Notes: a model not told the origin generated them from the letters alone. A stretch of 64,000 nt of DNA from Callorhinchus milii (GCF_018977255.1 NW_024704742.1:37884001-37948000); one strand, 5' to 3'. Positions 48,365 to 61,951 are shown, numbered from the stretch's first letter. Numbers and translations: made by a program.

Positions 48365-50910
48365 GAACAACAACAAAATTACATTTGTATGGTGCCTTTC
48401 ACATCGGGAGGACGTCCCAAGGTGTTGGACAGACAGAGTTTCGGACCCGAGCTGGAGGTCGGGATCGGGGCGGATGGAGGGCAGTGGGGGAAAGCAGGGT
48501 GATCGAAGGCACAGTTAAAGAGGAGGGTCTTGAAGGAGGCAAAGGAGGGGGCGAGGCGGAGGGACAGCGGGATGGAGTTCCAGAGGGTGGGGGCAGAGTG
48601 GCAGGTCTGCCCGCCAATAGTGGGGCGAGCAAGGCGGGGAATGTGAAGCAGGCCGGAGCCCGCTGAACGGAGGGAGTGAACAGGATGGTAGGGGTTTAGG
48701 AGGTCACAGAGGTAGGGAGCAGCAAAACCATGAAGGGCTTTGAGGGTGAGGAACAGGATCTTGAACTGTATCCTCTGTGTGATGGGGAGCCAGTGGAGTC
48801 GGGCGAGGGTGGGTGTGACAGGGTCATGGAGCCCAGTGTGCGAGAGGGCATGGGCTGCAGAGTTCACAGCCTATGGAGGGAGGAGTTGGAGAGGCCAATA
48901 AGCAAGGGGTTTGCACAGTCGAGCCTCCCTCGATGTAATGAAAGCATGCATGAGGTTTTGGCAGCCTGTGGAGTGAGACAATGGCAGAGCCGGGCGATGT
49001 CGCGGAGGAGGGGAAAGCAGAGCGGGTCATGGCACAGATGTTGGGATAGTTGAGTGTCAAACAAGACCCCAAGCTTCCGGATTGGCTTAGTAAGGTGGAG
49101 TGTGCAACCATGGATGGTGATGCTGTCAGCGCCTGAGGTGTGGAGGCGTTAACGGGATCCAATCAGGAGGGCTTCAGTTGTTGACGTTCAGCCAAAGAAA
49201 ATTAGCTGTCATTCAGGACTTGATGTCTGAAAGACATTCTGTCAGGACAGCAGTGGTCCTGGAGTCAAGGGTGGAGGCAGAGAGGTACAGTTGGGTGTCA
49301 TCCACATACATGTGGAAGTTGACCCCATGTCTGTGGATGATGTCACCAAGTGGAGCATATACATATTGAAGAGGAGGGGACCAAGGACGGAGCCCTGAGT
49401 GATGCCGCACGAGATGGTACGGGGGCTAGAGGAGAAACCGTTTTGGAGATGAATTGGAGACGATGTGAGAGGTACGATCTGAACCAGTCAAGGACAGAAC
49501 GGTGAAGTTTGAGGTGAGAGGAGAGGCAGGGAATGAGGAAAGAGTGGTCACTGTTGAAGGCAGCAGAGAGGTCAAGGAGGACGAGGAGGCAGAGGGAGCC
49601 CTGGTCACAGATGGACAGAATGTCACTTGTCACTTTGACCAGGGCTGTTTTTGTGCTGTGGCCAGCACAGAAACCCAATTGGAGGGGTTCATGAAGGGAG
49701 TGGAGGGAGAGGAAGGAGCGAAGCTGGGAATTAACAACTCGTTCCAGGACCTTGAAGAGGAAAAAGGTTGGCGATGGGGCGGTAGTTTGAGAGTAGAAAT
49801 GGGTCCAGGGAGGGTATTTTTAAGGATAGCAGTGATGACGGTTTTTAATGGGGTGGGAACAGTATTGGTGGACAGCGAGAGATTTATGATGTCTGTGAGT
49901 AGAGGGGCAAAGAGGTGGAGCTGGGAGGTAAAGATAGGGTGGGGATGGGGTCGAGGGTCACTTTCAAATAGTTGTGGTGAAAGAGGAGTGGGAGACAGGT
50001 TCGAAGGTGTGGAGGGAGAGATGGGTAGGGGCCGGGGTGGGAGAGGGAGATAATAATAAGGGGAAGATATAGCAGATGGAATGGCAGAGGCACCTGAGCG
50101 GATTCCCTCAACTTTGGATTCGAGGAAGTCCAGCATCGCCTTCGCAGTTGGCATTTGAGGTGAGAATGGGTGAGGCGTGAGAGGGTGGGTGGAGTAGCCG
50201 GTTGGTGATGGAGATGTGGAGCCTGGGGTTGTCCTTAGCCTCCAAGATTGTCTTGGAGTAGAACGACAATTTAGCGGAGGTGAGGGCAGAGCAGTAAGAA
50301 TTGATAAGGTCCAGCCAGATCTGCCAATGGACCGTTAAGTTTGATTTAAGCCAGGTGTGCTCAGCGGCACGCACTTTTGCTTTAAGGGAGCAGAGGCAGC
50401 TGGTGTACCATGGTGACTTATGCCAAGACGGTTCGGGAAGAGAGGCGAGCAAGGGAATCGAGAGTGGTGGAGAGGGAGCTGTGGAGAAGAGTGACTGAGG
50501 AGGATAGGTCATTGTGGGAGGAAGCCCAGAGGGAAAGGAGCTCAGATGACTCCCAAGGCAGTGAGAGGAAGGTGTGGGATATTTTTTCCAGGGGCGGAAG
50601 GAGATGGAGGTGGGTTTGGTGGCGGTGGGGAGAGGGATTGAGAAGTAAGGGAGATGAAGTGATGGTCCAAGATTGCTTTGTCAATGATTGTGAGGTCTGA
50701 GATGGTGAGCCCCCAAGTGATGGGGTGATCGTGGACGTGGGTGGCAAAGTGAATGTGGAGCGAGAGGTTGAGGGAGGAGATAAGGGAGAAGAAGACTGCA
50801 GAGGTAAAGCAGGAGGGAATGAAGTGAAAGTTGAAGTCGCTAGGATGAGGAGGCATTCTGAGCAGATGTAGAAGGAAGATAGCAGGGTGAAGATGTCGGA
50901 GATGAGGGCC
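48365..50910 (-). mobile_element. L2 LINE, ~2.5 kb (partial AP endonuclease, RT and 3' tail), frameshifted
   Basis: SDFNFH and DKAILDHH (endonuclease), HSTKTAL, LLDLSAAF, HMYVDD, RLHWLPITQRIQFKIL, tail with (CAA)n. Confidence 0.95.
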
Positions 50911-51183
50911 GGGGGGGGGGGTGATCTGCCATCAGTACCCTAACTTGTGACACCAGGTCTGCTTTGGCATATGCATTTTTGGCATGAGGGCTGTTCAGAA
51001 ACAGTTTGCTTCTCTTTCGTATGAAGGTTAGTAAATGTTGCAACCTATCCCCTGGATAGATGTAATAAAAATACAAATGTGCTTTTATTCTGTAAAATCC
51101 CTTGAAGGCCCAACATAATTGCAGTTTATACTTCAGAGTGATAGCAGCAATGTCTGAGCACATTATGTCTGAAACCTTCCTTA

Positions 51184-52195
51184 TTGTCTCCTGGACGAGA
51201 GACAACTTTCTTCAGCTCAACGTGCGAAAAACCGAGGCCCTCCTGATTGTCTCACGTCAGCGCCTCCGCACCTCAGGCGCTGACACCATCAGCATCCAAG
51301 GCTGCACTCTCCACCTCTCAAAGCCAGTCAGGAACCTCGGCGTTTTGTTCGACCCTGAGCTGTCCTTTCTCCCTCACATCCACACCACAACTGGCACCGC
51401 CTTCCATCACCTCCGGAACATCGCCAGACTACGGCATTACCTCACCCCTCACGCTGCTGAAACCCTGGTTCACGCCTTTGTCACCTCAAGGCTGGACTAC
51501 GGGAACTCTCTCCTCGCCGGCCTTCCCGCCACCTCCCTCCACAAGCTGCAGGTCATTCAGAACTCTGCAGCTCGTGTACTGTCCCGCACCAGGCTTCGGG
51601 ACCACATCACTCCCACCCTCGCTCGCCTCCACTGGCTCCCCATCCCCCAGAGGATTGATTTCAAGATCCTCATCCTCACCTACAAGGCCATTCACGGCCT
51701 TGCTCCCTCCTACCTCTCCAACCTACTATCCCCTTACCTACCTGCCCGTACTCTCCGTTCCTCTGGCTCCGGCCTGCTCCACGTCCCCCGCCCCAACCGC
51801 CCTACCATCGGTGGTCGGGCCTTCAGCCTCTCAGCCCCCAGGCTCTGGAACTCCATCCCCCAGTGCCTTCGCCTTGCTTCCTCCCTTTCCTCCTTCAATG
51901 CCGGTCTCAAAACCTTTCTCTTTGACCGTGCCTTCAGCTCCCCTCTCGACTCTCTTCCCCCTCCTCGCTCCCTCCCTTCCCTCCCCTCACCCTGACCATT
52001 TCCCCCCTCCTTGCTCCCTCCCTTCCCTCCCCTCACCCTGACCATTTCCCCCTCCTCGCTCCCTCCCTTCCCTCCCCTCACCCTGACCATTTCCCCCCTG
52101 CTCGGGTCATGACCCAACTGTGCAGCGCCTTGGGACGTCCTCCTGACGTGAAAGGCGCTTTATAAATGGAATCTTGTTGTTGTTGTTGTTGTTAT
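51184..52195 (+). mobile_element. Young 5'-truncated L2 LINE with an uninterrupted ORF2 C-terminus
   Basis: ORF 51102-51995 (NFLQLNVRKTEALL...LKTFLFDRAF), a triplicated ~45-bp 3' UTR unit (51955-52100), stem-loop and (TTG)n. Confidence 0.95.
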
Positions 52196-52619
52196 TACTG
52201 GACTCTACTATGCTCAAATGGTATGAGTTACCCTGTGTGCAGCATGTATGAATATGTATTTTATTTAAACTGTGCCAGTAGAATGCAATCTTTAATTAAA
52301 TTGTGTTGAAGTTGCACAAAACATTTATGAGCAATTTAGTAAAACTAGGCGCTCAGCAGCAGCCTGCCCTTGAAGTATGCTCCTTGGTGCAAGAAGTCAG
52401 CAGTGGGCGAACAAAAAATGTTATTCACATTAGTGTAAAAATATGCCAGTCAAACTTCAGTTTGTGATGATGCTGTGAAAAAGACAAAATAGGGGCCCCA
52501 ATTACTGATATAGACTGTGTAGTATTTCGCAGTTATCTAAAAACCTGATTTCTGTGATACATTTTAAATCTATTCCAGATGAGTTATAAAGGTTTTGCAA
52601 GTCAGGCTAACACTTTGAA

Positions 52620-53520
52620 ATAAAGTGAACCTGTCCAAGGGTCTTTGAATTCAGTCAGTACAGATTGTATAATATACCTTGTAGATTGCAGATACTGTTT
52701 TCTCATAGAACCATAACCGTTACTGATTGGCTTTTTGCTAAACAAGGTCTGTATAATTTGAAGGTATAATTCAGGTTTTGATTTTATCATACTAATCACT
52801 TAAACTGTACATTATCATGTTATTTTTCATGACCAACAAGGGATGTGACACTATTTTCTTTCATGATCACATACAAAAGTAAGATTTTTTGAAAATAAAG
52901 CCTACACTCTCCAGACCCAATGAAGTTCCAATCGGGAAGATTATTTTTGATCAGCCTGACATCTTGGCATATACAGAGATCTACCACTGTGCTGTGAGTC
53001 TCAAAACCAAACTGTTGAGACATATTAGGGAACATCTGCTGTTGTTGCAGTGCTGTTATTCAAGTTTGCAGTGTTTCCCCCTCCCCCTGTCCCTTTTCCT
53101 TGTACCAGATGTAGGCTGGGCGGGGGGAGAACATAGAGAAAGCATTTACTTCGGGACGTTGCCTGGGAGAGCAGTTGGTTTGTGCAAGTGTGATAATGAG
53201 GCTCAGACGGGATGTCCTGCAAATATTTGAGATTGTGGTCCACATGACTGCACAGCGAATGTGTGAGCTGCTCAACAATGGGCAGCTTCACATCAACAAA
53301 TACCTCATTATTCCATGCAAAATGTTAGCCCTTCAAGGCATCTTGGAGCTGCAGCATCCCTTTTGTTTGAGTTATTGCAAAATAAGATTATCAAAGCAGA
53401 AGAAAAGAAATCAACTCCAATCTTCTGCACCCAATCTGACTGATGTATATCACTGAAAGCTCAAATCTTATTATGATAAACCTCTGTCACGCCAATATGT
53501 AAAGTGGATATGTCATGAGA
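52620..53520 (-). pseudogene. Possible highly decayed KDZ/Zisupton-like (CxC) transposase relic
   Basis: Ordered, frameshifted peptides IMRYLL..KLP, IPSEPHYHTC, QHCNNSRC, VDLCI...KNNLP, CDHE and LTEFK resemble the KDZ motif order as I recall it. Confidence 0.3.
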
Positions 53521-53854
53521 TTTATATCCCACGAGTGAGTTTAGCTGGATGCTGTCCAAGTTATATTAGCACCTTGTGTGCTTTAGGTTTTGCTTTTGTT
53601 CAAATGAATTTGATGAATTTTCAAAGGAGAACTGGTTCTAGCAATTAGATGGGAAGATGTCAACTCATTGAAATGAGGTGCCGGTTTCAGAGCTGTCAAA
53701 TTTCTCTCACCTTGGGCCCCTGTCTAGCTTAATTTGACAACAGCTCCAGTATCTGTCCCTCATTGATCAAAAGCACCCACAAGATTGAACGTAGAAAAAA
53801 TCGGATTTGGTGAGCAAATTAGATAAAACTTTAAAATTGTTGCTCAGTCGCTTA

Positions 53855-54400
53855 GGGGGACATTGAAGATCCCATGGCTCTATTCAAAAGAGAAGGAAAT
53901 TTCTCCTGGTGTTCTGGCCAACAATACCCCAGATAAAAATTGATCATTGACCTTGTGGACATTGCTGTGTGCAAATTAGCTATCACATTCACCTACAAAA
54001 TACACACAGCTACATCACTTAATAATAATAATAATCCTTGCATTTGATATAGCGCTTTTCACGTCGGTAGGACGTCCCAAAGCGCTTCACAGAACACACT
54101 GTAAAGTGAATTGACTGTATATTTGTGGGCGAACGCGGCAGCCAATTGCGCACAGCAATGTCCCACAAACAGTCGTAGATTGAAAATGACCAATTTATTA
54201 TTGTTTTTGGTTTTGGAGGGATTATTATTAGGCGCGTGGAGTAAGGAAACTTGCCCAAGACTTCGCCCTGCCTGGAATTGAACTCAGGTCTCTCGCTTGC
54301 AAAGCGAGTGCTCTAACCACTGAGCTACAGGACTCCACTTTACAGTACATCTGGTGAAGCACTTTCAGACATCCTCCTGCATGAAAGGTGCTATTAACAA
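53855..54400 (+). mobile_element. Old Deu-type SINE interrupted by a young SINE
   Basis: gaagatcccatggctctattcaaaagagaagg...cactt | insertion | actttacagtacatctggtgaagcac. Confidence 0.75.
54020..54336 (-). mobile_element. Young SINE, short form (family C)
   Basis: Near-identical to the 40457-40776 copy. Confidence 0.95.
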
Positions 54401-55511
54401 AGTCAAATGTGAAATTTGTTATTTAACTCATGAAATAGAGATTTTGTAATAAAGATTGTAACTGATAGAAATTGCAAGTGTGAATAGAGGCAGGTTAAAG
54501 AGTGGTTATTGCTGGGTAAGCATATGTGAATACCATACGCTGCACGCAACATTTAAACAATTTAAAAGACATGTTTCACTATTATGTATTGCAAGGAAAT
54601 CATCAGTAATCTGCCCCCACAAAGCAGTTAACCATTTCTTACTTTCCAACACTGCATTTTTGATCCCCATTTTCATTATTACAGAAAAACTGAAAAGAGA
54701 ACATTCAGGGAAATGCAACAGATACAGACCTTCGTATAAAATGTTTCTATGAAAGTTAATATACAAGGAGGAGATGATGATTAACATTGGGATTGTTTAT
54801 TCTGAGTGATGAAATGTTGGAAGAGTCCCCTAAAGCATTAAAACTAATACAAACTCCGATTATTTTACAATCAGAATTTGTTTTAACATTAACAAATGCT
54901 CTTCGTTGTTAAACCATTAATACATTTTGGCAGTGGCATCTGCTGTTGTGCCTTGGTAGCAAAGCCCTTTCGTGTAACCATATTTAGGTTCACATTGCAC
55001 TGAAGTGAATTTTCTGGGTTAATGCCAATTACTAAAGGTTAGGGATAGGGTTTATATCCTATCTTTTATGCATTTTAACCCCACTCACCTTCTTATTACC
55101 CTTCAAACTTGGATGCACAGTGCCAGTGAGTCTTTCACTGTTATTGCACCCAGGCATGTAACACCAGTATGATTGAACAAAACTACATCACAATCTTCTT
55201 TTAACTGAGCTAGCTACATATTTATGTAATGGTGCAAAATAACAGCTGATACAAATGCTAGTTTCTTGGCTTTGGTGCAAAAGCGGTTTGCATTGTGTCC
55301 GCAAGGGAGCCAATGGATAATTTAAAAATGCAATTCTTCTCTTTGTGTGGGCTTTTTATGCACACAAGAATTCATTATGTGCACAAAGTATCACTTGCGA
55401 CAAAAGTAAAGAAGTTTGAAATTGCTTGACATATAGGGTGCTTTAAAAATGCAAACTCTTTCTTTCTGTGGATGTATCTAGACATTGTTTTCCATTTTGT
55501 TGTGTTTTAAA

Positions 55512-55745
55512 CAGGGAGCCCAGTTGTTGGCCTATTGGTGGATCGCTTTCTGGGGGTAATAATTCCTTCCAAAAAAAATCTGCACACTCAATCCACGACT
55601 GTTTGTGGTGTGCTGCTGTGAGCAGTTTGCTGCTGTGTTTCGCGCACAAAATATACAGTCAATTCACTTTACAGTATATTCAGTGAAGCGCTTTGAGATG
55701 TCTCAATGACACTATATCAAATGCAACAATTATTAGCATTATTGT
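55512..55745 (+). mobile_element. Headless long-form SINE (family B)
   Basis: gggagcccagttgttggcctattggtggatcgctttctgggggtaataattcc... through tail. Confidence 0.8.
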
Positions 55746-56222
55746 TTTATTCATGTACTGTACTTGTCTGTAGCTATGGAATAGTACGACGTGCTGATCC
55801 TGTAATAGAAGATCAAGTCAGTGCTTAAATTAATAATGCACCGGCTTCTCCTGTAATTCATGGTATTGCTTTAACTCTCTCCTAGTGATTTGAGAAGAGA
55901 TCAAGTCAGATTGCCAATATCAAAGAAAATTAATTGTTTCATTCCTGTAGCTATTCCAGACTTTGTAACCATGGCTTAAAGTCTGAAAATGTAAATCTCT
56001 AGTCTCATTTCAGCATTATGTTCTGGAATGCAAAGATTACACTTACTGTTGTCTGTTGGCTTTGAAAAGATAGTTTATAGAAATAACTGTATAGCACAGA
56101 AGAAGGCCATCATCCCTTGTCAAGTAAATGTCTAATAATTGAGAGAATTTCTAGACGTAGCTGAGAAAATAGTTGTTATTTATTGAGATTGTTTCTAACT
56201 TGTCCTAACTTCGGCTTTTCTT

Positions 56223-57198
56223 CAACAACAACAACAACAAAATTACATTTATAGAGCGCCTTTCATGTTGGGAGGACGTCCAAAAGCGCTGAACAGTCGG
56301 GTGTCAGGGCCCGAGCATGGAGAAGGGGTGGTGTCGGGGTGAGGGAAGGCAGAGAGATGGGAGGGCGAACAAATGCACGGTCGAAGAGAAGGGTCTTGAG
56401 ACCGGCCTTGAAGGAGGCAAGGGAGGAAGTGAGGCAAAGGGACCTTGGAATGGAGTTCCAGCGTGTAGGGGCAGAGAGGCTGAAAGCCCGGCCACAGACT
56501 GTAGGGTGGGTTGGGCGGGAGACATGGAGCAGGCTGGAGCCTGATGAATGGAGGGAGCGGGCAGGTTGGTAGGGAGTCAGCAGGTCAGAGACGTAGGAGG
56601 GGGCAAAGCCATGGATGGCCTTGAAAGTGAGGACGAGGAACTTGAATTCGATCCTCTGGGGAATGGGGAGCCAGTGGAGTCGGGCGAGGGTGGGAGTGAT
56701 GGGGTCACGAAGCTGGTGCACGAGTGTACACGAGCTGCAGATTTTTGGATGATCTGCAGCTTGTGAAGGGAAGAGTTAGGAAGGCAGATGAGGAGGGAGT
56801 TCCCGTAGTCGAGCCTTGAGGTGACGAATGCGTGGGTGAGGGTTTTGGCAGCCTGAGGGGTGAGACAGTGGCGGAGTCTGGCAATGTTGCAGAGGTGGTG
56901 GTAGGCAGTGCCGGTCATGGCGCGGATGTGGGGGAGAAAGGACAGTTCAGGATCGAACAAGATACCCAGGTTCCTGACTGGCTTAGTGAGGTTGAGTGTG
57001 CAGCCATGGAGGCTGATGCTGCCAGCGCCTAAGGTTCAGAGACGCTGGCACGGGTCAATCAGGAGGGCCTCGGTCTTGCTGACGTTGAGTTTGAGAAAGT
57101 TGTCCCTCATCCAGGACTTGATGTCGGACAGGCAGTCGGTCAGGACGCCAATAGTCCTGGAGTTCAGGGCGGAGGCAGAGAGATAGAGTTGGGTGTCA
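56223..57198 (-). mobile_element. 5'-truncated L2 LINE
   Basis: FDPELSFLPHI...SRLDYGNSLL, RLHWLPIPQRIEFK, tail with (CAA)n. Confidence 0.95.
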
Positions 57199-57839
57199 TT
57201 ACAGTATATGTTTTTTTTTCTGTGTTTACTATTCTGAGCTGAGGGAACCCAAGTTATTCAATGTTTCAGGTTAGGACATTTACCTACAAGTACATAGTCG
57301 CCTCGCTTTACAGAAATTCCCCATGAAGTGTTTTGCGGTTGTAAGCACTATAGCTAGGGATGATTATTATTCTTAATGATAAGGAGCTTCTCATTCCCTC
57401 ATAATGTTACTTTCAATGCTCTATATAGAAAGCCAATGATTATTTTTTCTGCAATCGCAATCACTGGAGTTTAGTAATCGAGCTCCTTACCCTTGTCTAG
57501 TGGATTGTTGCAGCCTCTGACACTTTTGTTCCCGAGTATGGCCCCATGAAATCTTTTAATTACCGAACGTGACCTTTTGTCTTCGCCAAATCATCCCCAA
57601 ACCTCTTATAATTGTAAGAAAATATGACTGAGTGATGATAGACATTTAAAAAAGACTTATTAATACTGTGATGACACTTGGGTTCTTGAGTGCACTTTAT
57701 GAGACTCCAATTTTCAATGCCCCCCCCCACCGCCCAGTTTATTGAAAGTGACTTTAGAGTGGCTGCTTCTAACCTATAAAACATGATATATCAGGAGGAT
57801 GTGATTTCCTGTTCTTCCCTTTCTCACCCTCCAGTTTTC

Positions 57840-58335
57840 TTCTCTATTCTGTTGAAGTTGCTGATTTATGCTGGAAAGATAGTTCCATGACCACCCAAAA
57901 TGGCCATCCATTCCTCATGGAATGGCCTCATAGACCACAATTGTCAGAGTGAATAAATAATTCTTAGATTTGATGTAGCACATTTCACGTCAGGAAGACA
58001 TCTCAAAGTACTTCACCAAATTTACTGTAATGTGTAGTGACTGAGCATCTTGCAGGCAAAGCACAGTTTATTTGATCAGAGTTTATTGCTGCTAAACTCA
58101 AAGTTGTCACAGAAGGGTGAGGGGAAAAGAGGAGAGTAACTGTAGCAATCAGGTGGCTAATTCTGACATTCACACAAGTTCTTCCTCCCGGAGCACAAGC
58201 GTTCTGAAGCCTGTTACACGGCAGTCTACTTTGGCTGAAAATGGTAAACTCAGCAAAGATCCTGAGACCTTGTTATTCTGTGCGATCTAATACCACACAC
58301 GTGGTGGATTTGAATTTCCGTGCTGAGCCATCGGT
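57840..58335 (-). mobile_element. Ancient tRNA-SINE relic with a nested SINE/L2 tail (57955-58060)
   Basis: Reverse head gatggctcagcac...gtgtggtattagatcgcacag; similar to 18610-18850. Confidence 0.4.
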
Positions 58336-59094
58336 GAGAGCCCAGCAAGATATGGTTTAATGCACACTAATGTTTTCTAGAAACAAGCCGAAGTAGGTCA
58401 AAACGAACAAATCCTCCTCTCCCTTGTGGATACAGCAGCTGAAAGGCTCTTATCCCCTCCCAACACCAACTTTTCATCAGGTGTTCTGTTCTCTTGCCAT
58501 GTAAGAAAGCATTTCATCATTTCTTATCATACAGATTCTTCTACATGACCTACTCAGGGTTTCAGCTAAACTGCTGAAAAATGGCACACATGAAATCTGA
58601 ACAATGTAAAACTAAACTAATCAGGTGAAAGGAAGAAATGTCTGGAGCTCAGTGACATGCTGTCTTTTTGTTTGTCTTTGAAATTATATTTTGTAAATGG
58701 GGTGTAGTCCTGATTTCGGAAGCCCCTTATCTGACGGGTGTGGATCCATACATTAATGATAAGATATTACACACGCCTCTAGTCCATTGAGACCCAGTTT
58801 CCCACACTGTGGTCCTTGCCAATTATTGTTTACCACCCAACTTGAATTTAAGAAAAAGGAACTTCTATTTGTGATTGCAGAATTTCAAAACAAAATAGAA
58901 CAAGATGTATTTAGTTCAAAATACTTTTTTTTAAAAGTTGTGTATATTTCGTTTTTTAAACGCTGCACTTTTAAAAAGGGGGAAAGAGAACCTCAAATAA
59001 CCAGGACAATTATTGCATTTTACACAAAGATGCCCAGACAAATCCACTTGAAGAAACACAAAAGACACTATCTTCTGTTGGTATTAGCAGTACT

Positions 59095-59290
59095 TGTTAT
59101 TGTCCTGGCCAACAGTCCTTCAAATAAATGTGGTGATTTATTTGTGGGATGTAGCTGTGTGTAAATTGGCTGCTGTGTTCGCCAAGAAATGCAAGGTCCC
59201 CATACGTTAGTTAATCCTGTGAAGAGCTTTGAGACATCTTGGCGACGTGATAAGGCTCTGTATCAAGTGCAACAATTATTATAATGATTG
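59095..59290 (+). mobile_element. Deu-type SINE 3' half
   Basis: tgtcctggccaacag...aaattggctgctgtgttcgcc...gagacatcttggcgacgtgataagg. Confidence 0.7.
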
Positions 59291-60065
59291 TTATTACTTA
59301 TTATTTGAAGTTGTCCATGTTGAGTAATTTGGGAATAGCAGTGGGGCAAACAGGAGGCAGTTTGGGCTTGATTAGCAAGGGTTTGCCGATGGCACAGCTT
59401 GGACATGGTTTGTGGTGGAAGTAGATCACTTTTCATTGGGATTATAAGAATGTTTGATGGCCACTCTTGTTTATATACGCGGTATGCTGTTCAAATAAAT
59501 ACAGACTCCTAAACCCGAAATTGTCCTGATAAGGATCAAATATGTTAAGGTTTTCCAGCTTCATGTTGACCAAGTACAAAAATAGAAAACTATTTCAATG
59601 TGGCAGAGTACGATATTCATCACTGTGACAGAATTTAAAATTGTAAAACTGGGGAATGTTTGAAATGTTAACAGTGTCTCATTTTGGTTTCCCTTTAATT
59701 TATTAAGTATGTCAGTTCTGTGTATACAAATGCATCCTGACCCTCTCCCTAGTGTGGACATTCCAGTGACAAAGTAGAAGCTTGTACTGTTTTTAATTCC
59801 TTTTGCAGGTTTGAATGTTCACAGGCGTTTTGCATCTGCCTCTGTTGATAATTTGTATGTTTCACATACACCATAAATTTAGTTGTATTATGTATGCATG
59901 TATTTGATTCGCTGCATTTTTACTTTGTGGTCCACTGAGGAATTGTAATGTTTGAAGAGGGTCCCATAAGTTTGATTCACATTGAGTATTCCTGGCTTAC
60001 AGGACTTTACCAGATTCTAATTAGCAAAACAGTGCTTTTCCTGTCAATTGCATATTCTGCAAGGG

Positions 60066-60130
60066 CATACCAGCACTCTGAGAATAGACATACCAACACT
60101 GTGAGAGTAGACATACCAATGCTCTGAGCA
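60066..60130. repeat. 23-bp tandem repeat, ~3 copies (CATACCAACACTCTGAGAATAGA)
   Basis: Units start at 60066, 60089 and 60112. Confidence 0.8.
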
Positions 60131-60972
60131 AGGCAAGTTACAAGTGCTCCAGGGAGCTGGGCTATTTATATTACCAAAAAAGTCCTTTTCTTCCTTTTCT
60201 TTCTACAGTTGATTGAGCCGATAAACGTGCAATAAAATGGCAATTAACATTTATTTTTCAAATTTTTCTCCGCTCATTGCATTTTTAATTGTCGAGCGAC
60301 AATATGATAATTTTGGCATTAATTAGCTGGAGGTACAGAAAGTGTTTTTAAACAAATCTACATAGATTCCCTTTTGCATGCTCTGCTAGACCCTCTCTCT
60401 CAGGCAATTGGCTCTTTCTCTGCCATTTGCATGAAGATCCTTGATTCTTGAATGCTGTACTGCCCTGCAGTTTTTGGCCTTTTCACCTGAAAATGGTCAT
60501 TTTCTAGTTCTTACATTTCCCTTTGGAGTAGATGGTTCAGATTTCACCATTTATACACATCACAAGAGGTTGTGTTTTGCCACCAAGACTTTAATTCATT
60601 CAGATTCGATTGATTGTTTAAATTTGGAAAAAAATGAAGACTTAATGCTTGATGTTGTTCCTCGCCCCGTTTTCTCTCCTCTCTTGAAGATGGTGACCTC
60701 TGCTGTTCCGTTTGGTTGAGTGTCAACTGGTCCAGGTACCTTGCTAAGGTTAAATTTCCATCAGTCGTTCCACATCAGTGGCGCTCATTACAAGCCTTGG
60801 GAGGCCCCGGGATGCCTGGTCTTCAAACACAACCTACTTGAACGTCTTATGGTGACCGGGCTGCATTTCAATATTGTGTTGTCTTCTTTGCTTGCTCTCC
60901 ACTTAAAGAAATTGGTTATTCCATAAGTAGTCAAGGCTTTCCCAGCTATCAGACAGATCTATTTCCCATTCC

Positions 60973-61951
60973 CATATGTATGGGGATGACACACAAATCT
61001 CCTTTGCCTCCTCGGTTACCAACTCCAGATCCACTGATGTTCTATCAGCTTATCTGGCAGACATCAGGGCCCAGATGAGTGCAAACTTGCTACAGCTGAA
61101 TGTGAACAAGACGGAAGCCATACTCCTTGGCTTCCATCAACGCCTTTACTCCTGCGGATCTAAACTTCTCAACCTCCATGGGCTCTTCCTCAGACGCACC
61201 GAACCAGTGTGCAATCTAGATGTCCGATTAGACCCCCCAGCTGTCCATCCTCCCCCACATCCAGTCCCTGCCTAGGATCACCTTCTTCCACCTCCGCCAC
61301 ATTGCCCGCTTCTGACCGTACCTTATCCCAAATGCAGCCAAAACCCTTGTGCCTGAGTTTGTCACCTCTTGCCTGGATTACTCAAACACAATCCTTGCCG
61401 GTCTCCCCAGCTCCACTATTCAAAAAATCCAGCTCATTCAGAACTCTGCTGCCCACATACTGACCCGGACCAAACTCCGTACCCACATCTCACCAGCTCT
61501 GGCCAGGCTCCAATGGCTCTCCATCACTGAACGGATCAACTTCAAGATCCTCACACTTGTGTTAAAATCTCTTCACTCTCTGGCACTTCCCTACCTCTCC
61601 GACCTCTTTGGTCCCAAATCCACCACCCGGCACCTCCGCTCGACTGGCACTGGCCTCCTGCTCGTCCCTCGTATCCTCTGCCCCACCATTGGAGGTTGTG
61701 CTTTCAGCCACTACACCCCAAAACTCTGGAACACTCTCCCTCAATCCCTCCGCCTTGCCCTCTCTCACCCCTTTTTCAAGTCCCGCCTGAAAATCTTCCT
61801 CTTCGTTCGTGCTTACGGCCACCTTCCCCCCCACACCCCTCACCCCACTGGCTCGGAGTCAGCTGAATGTAGACAAGCCACTGTTAAGTGCTCTGAGATG
61901 CTATCCTGCCTGGAGGATGCTATATAAGTGCAAGTTGTTGTTGTTGTTGTT
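60973..61951 (+). mobile_element. Older L2 subfamily, 5'-truncated
   Basis: MYGDDTQ, LQLNVNKTEAILLG, LDYSNTILAGLP, FKSRLKIFLF, tail with (TTG)n. Confidence 0.92.
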
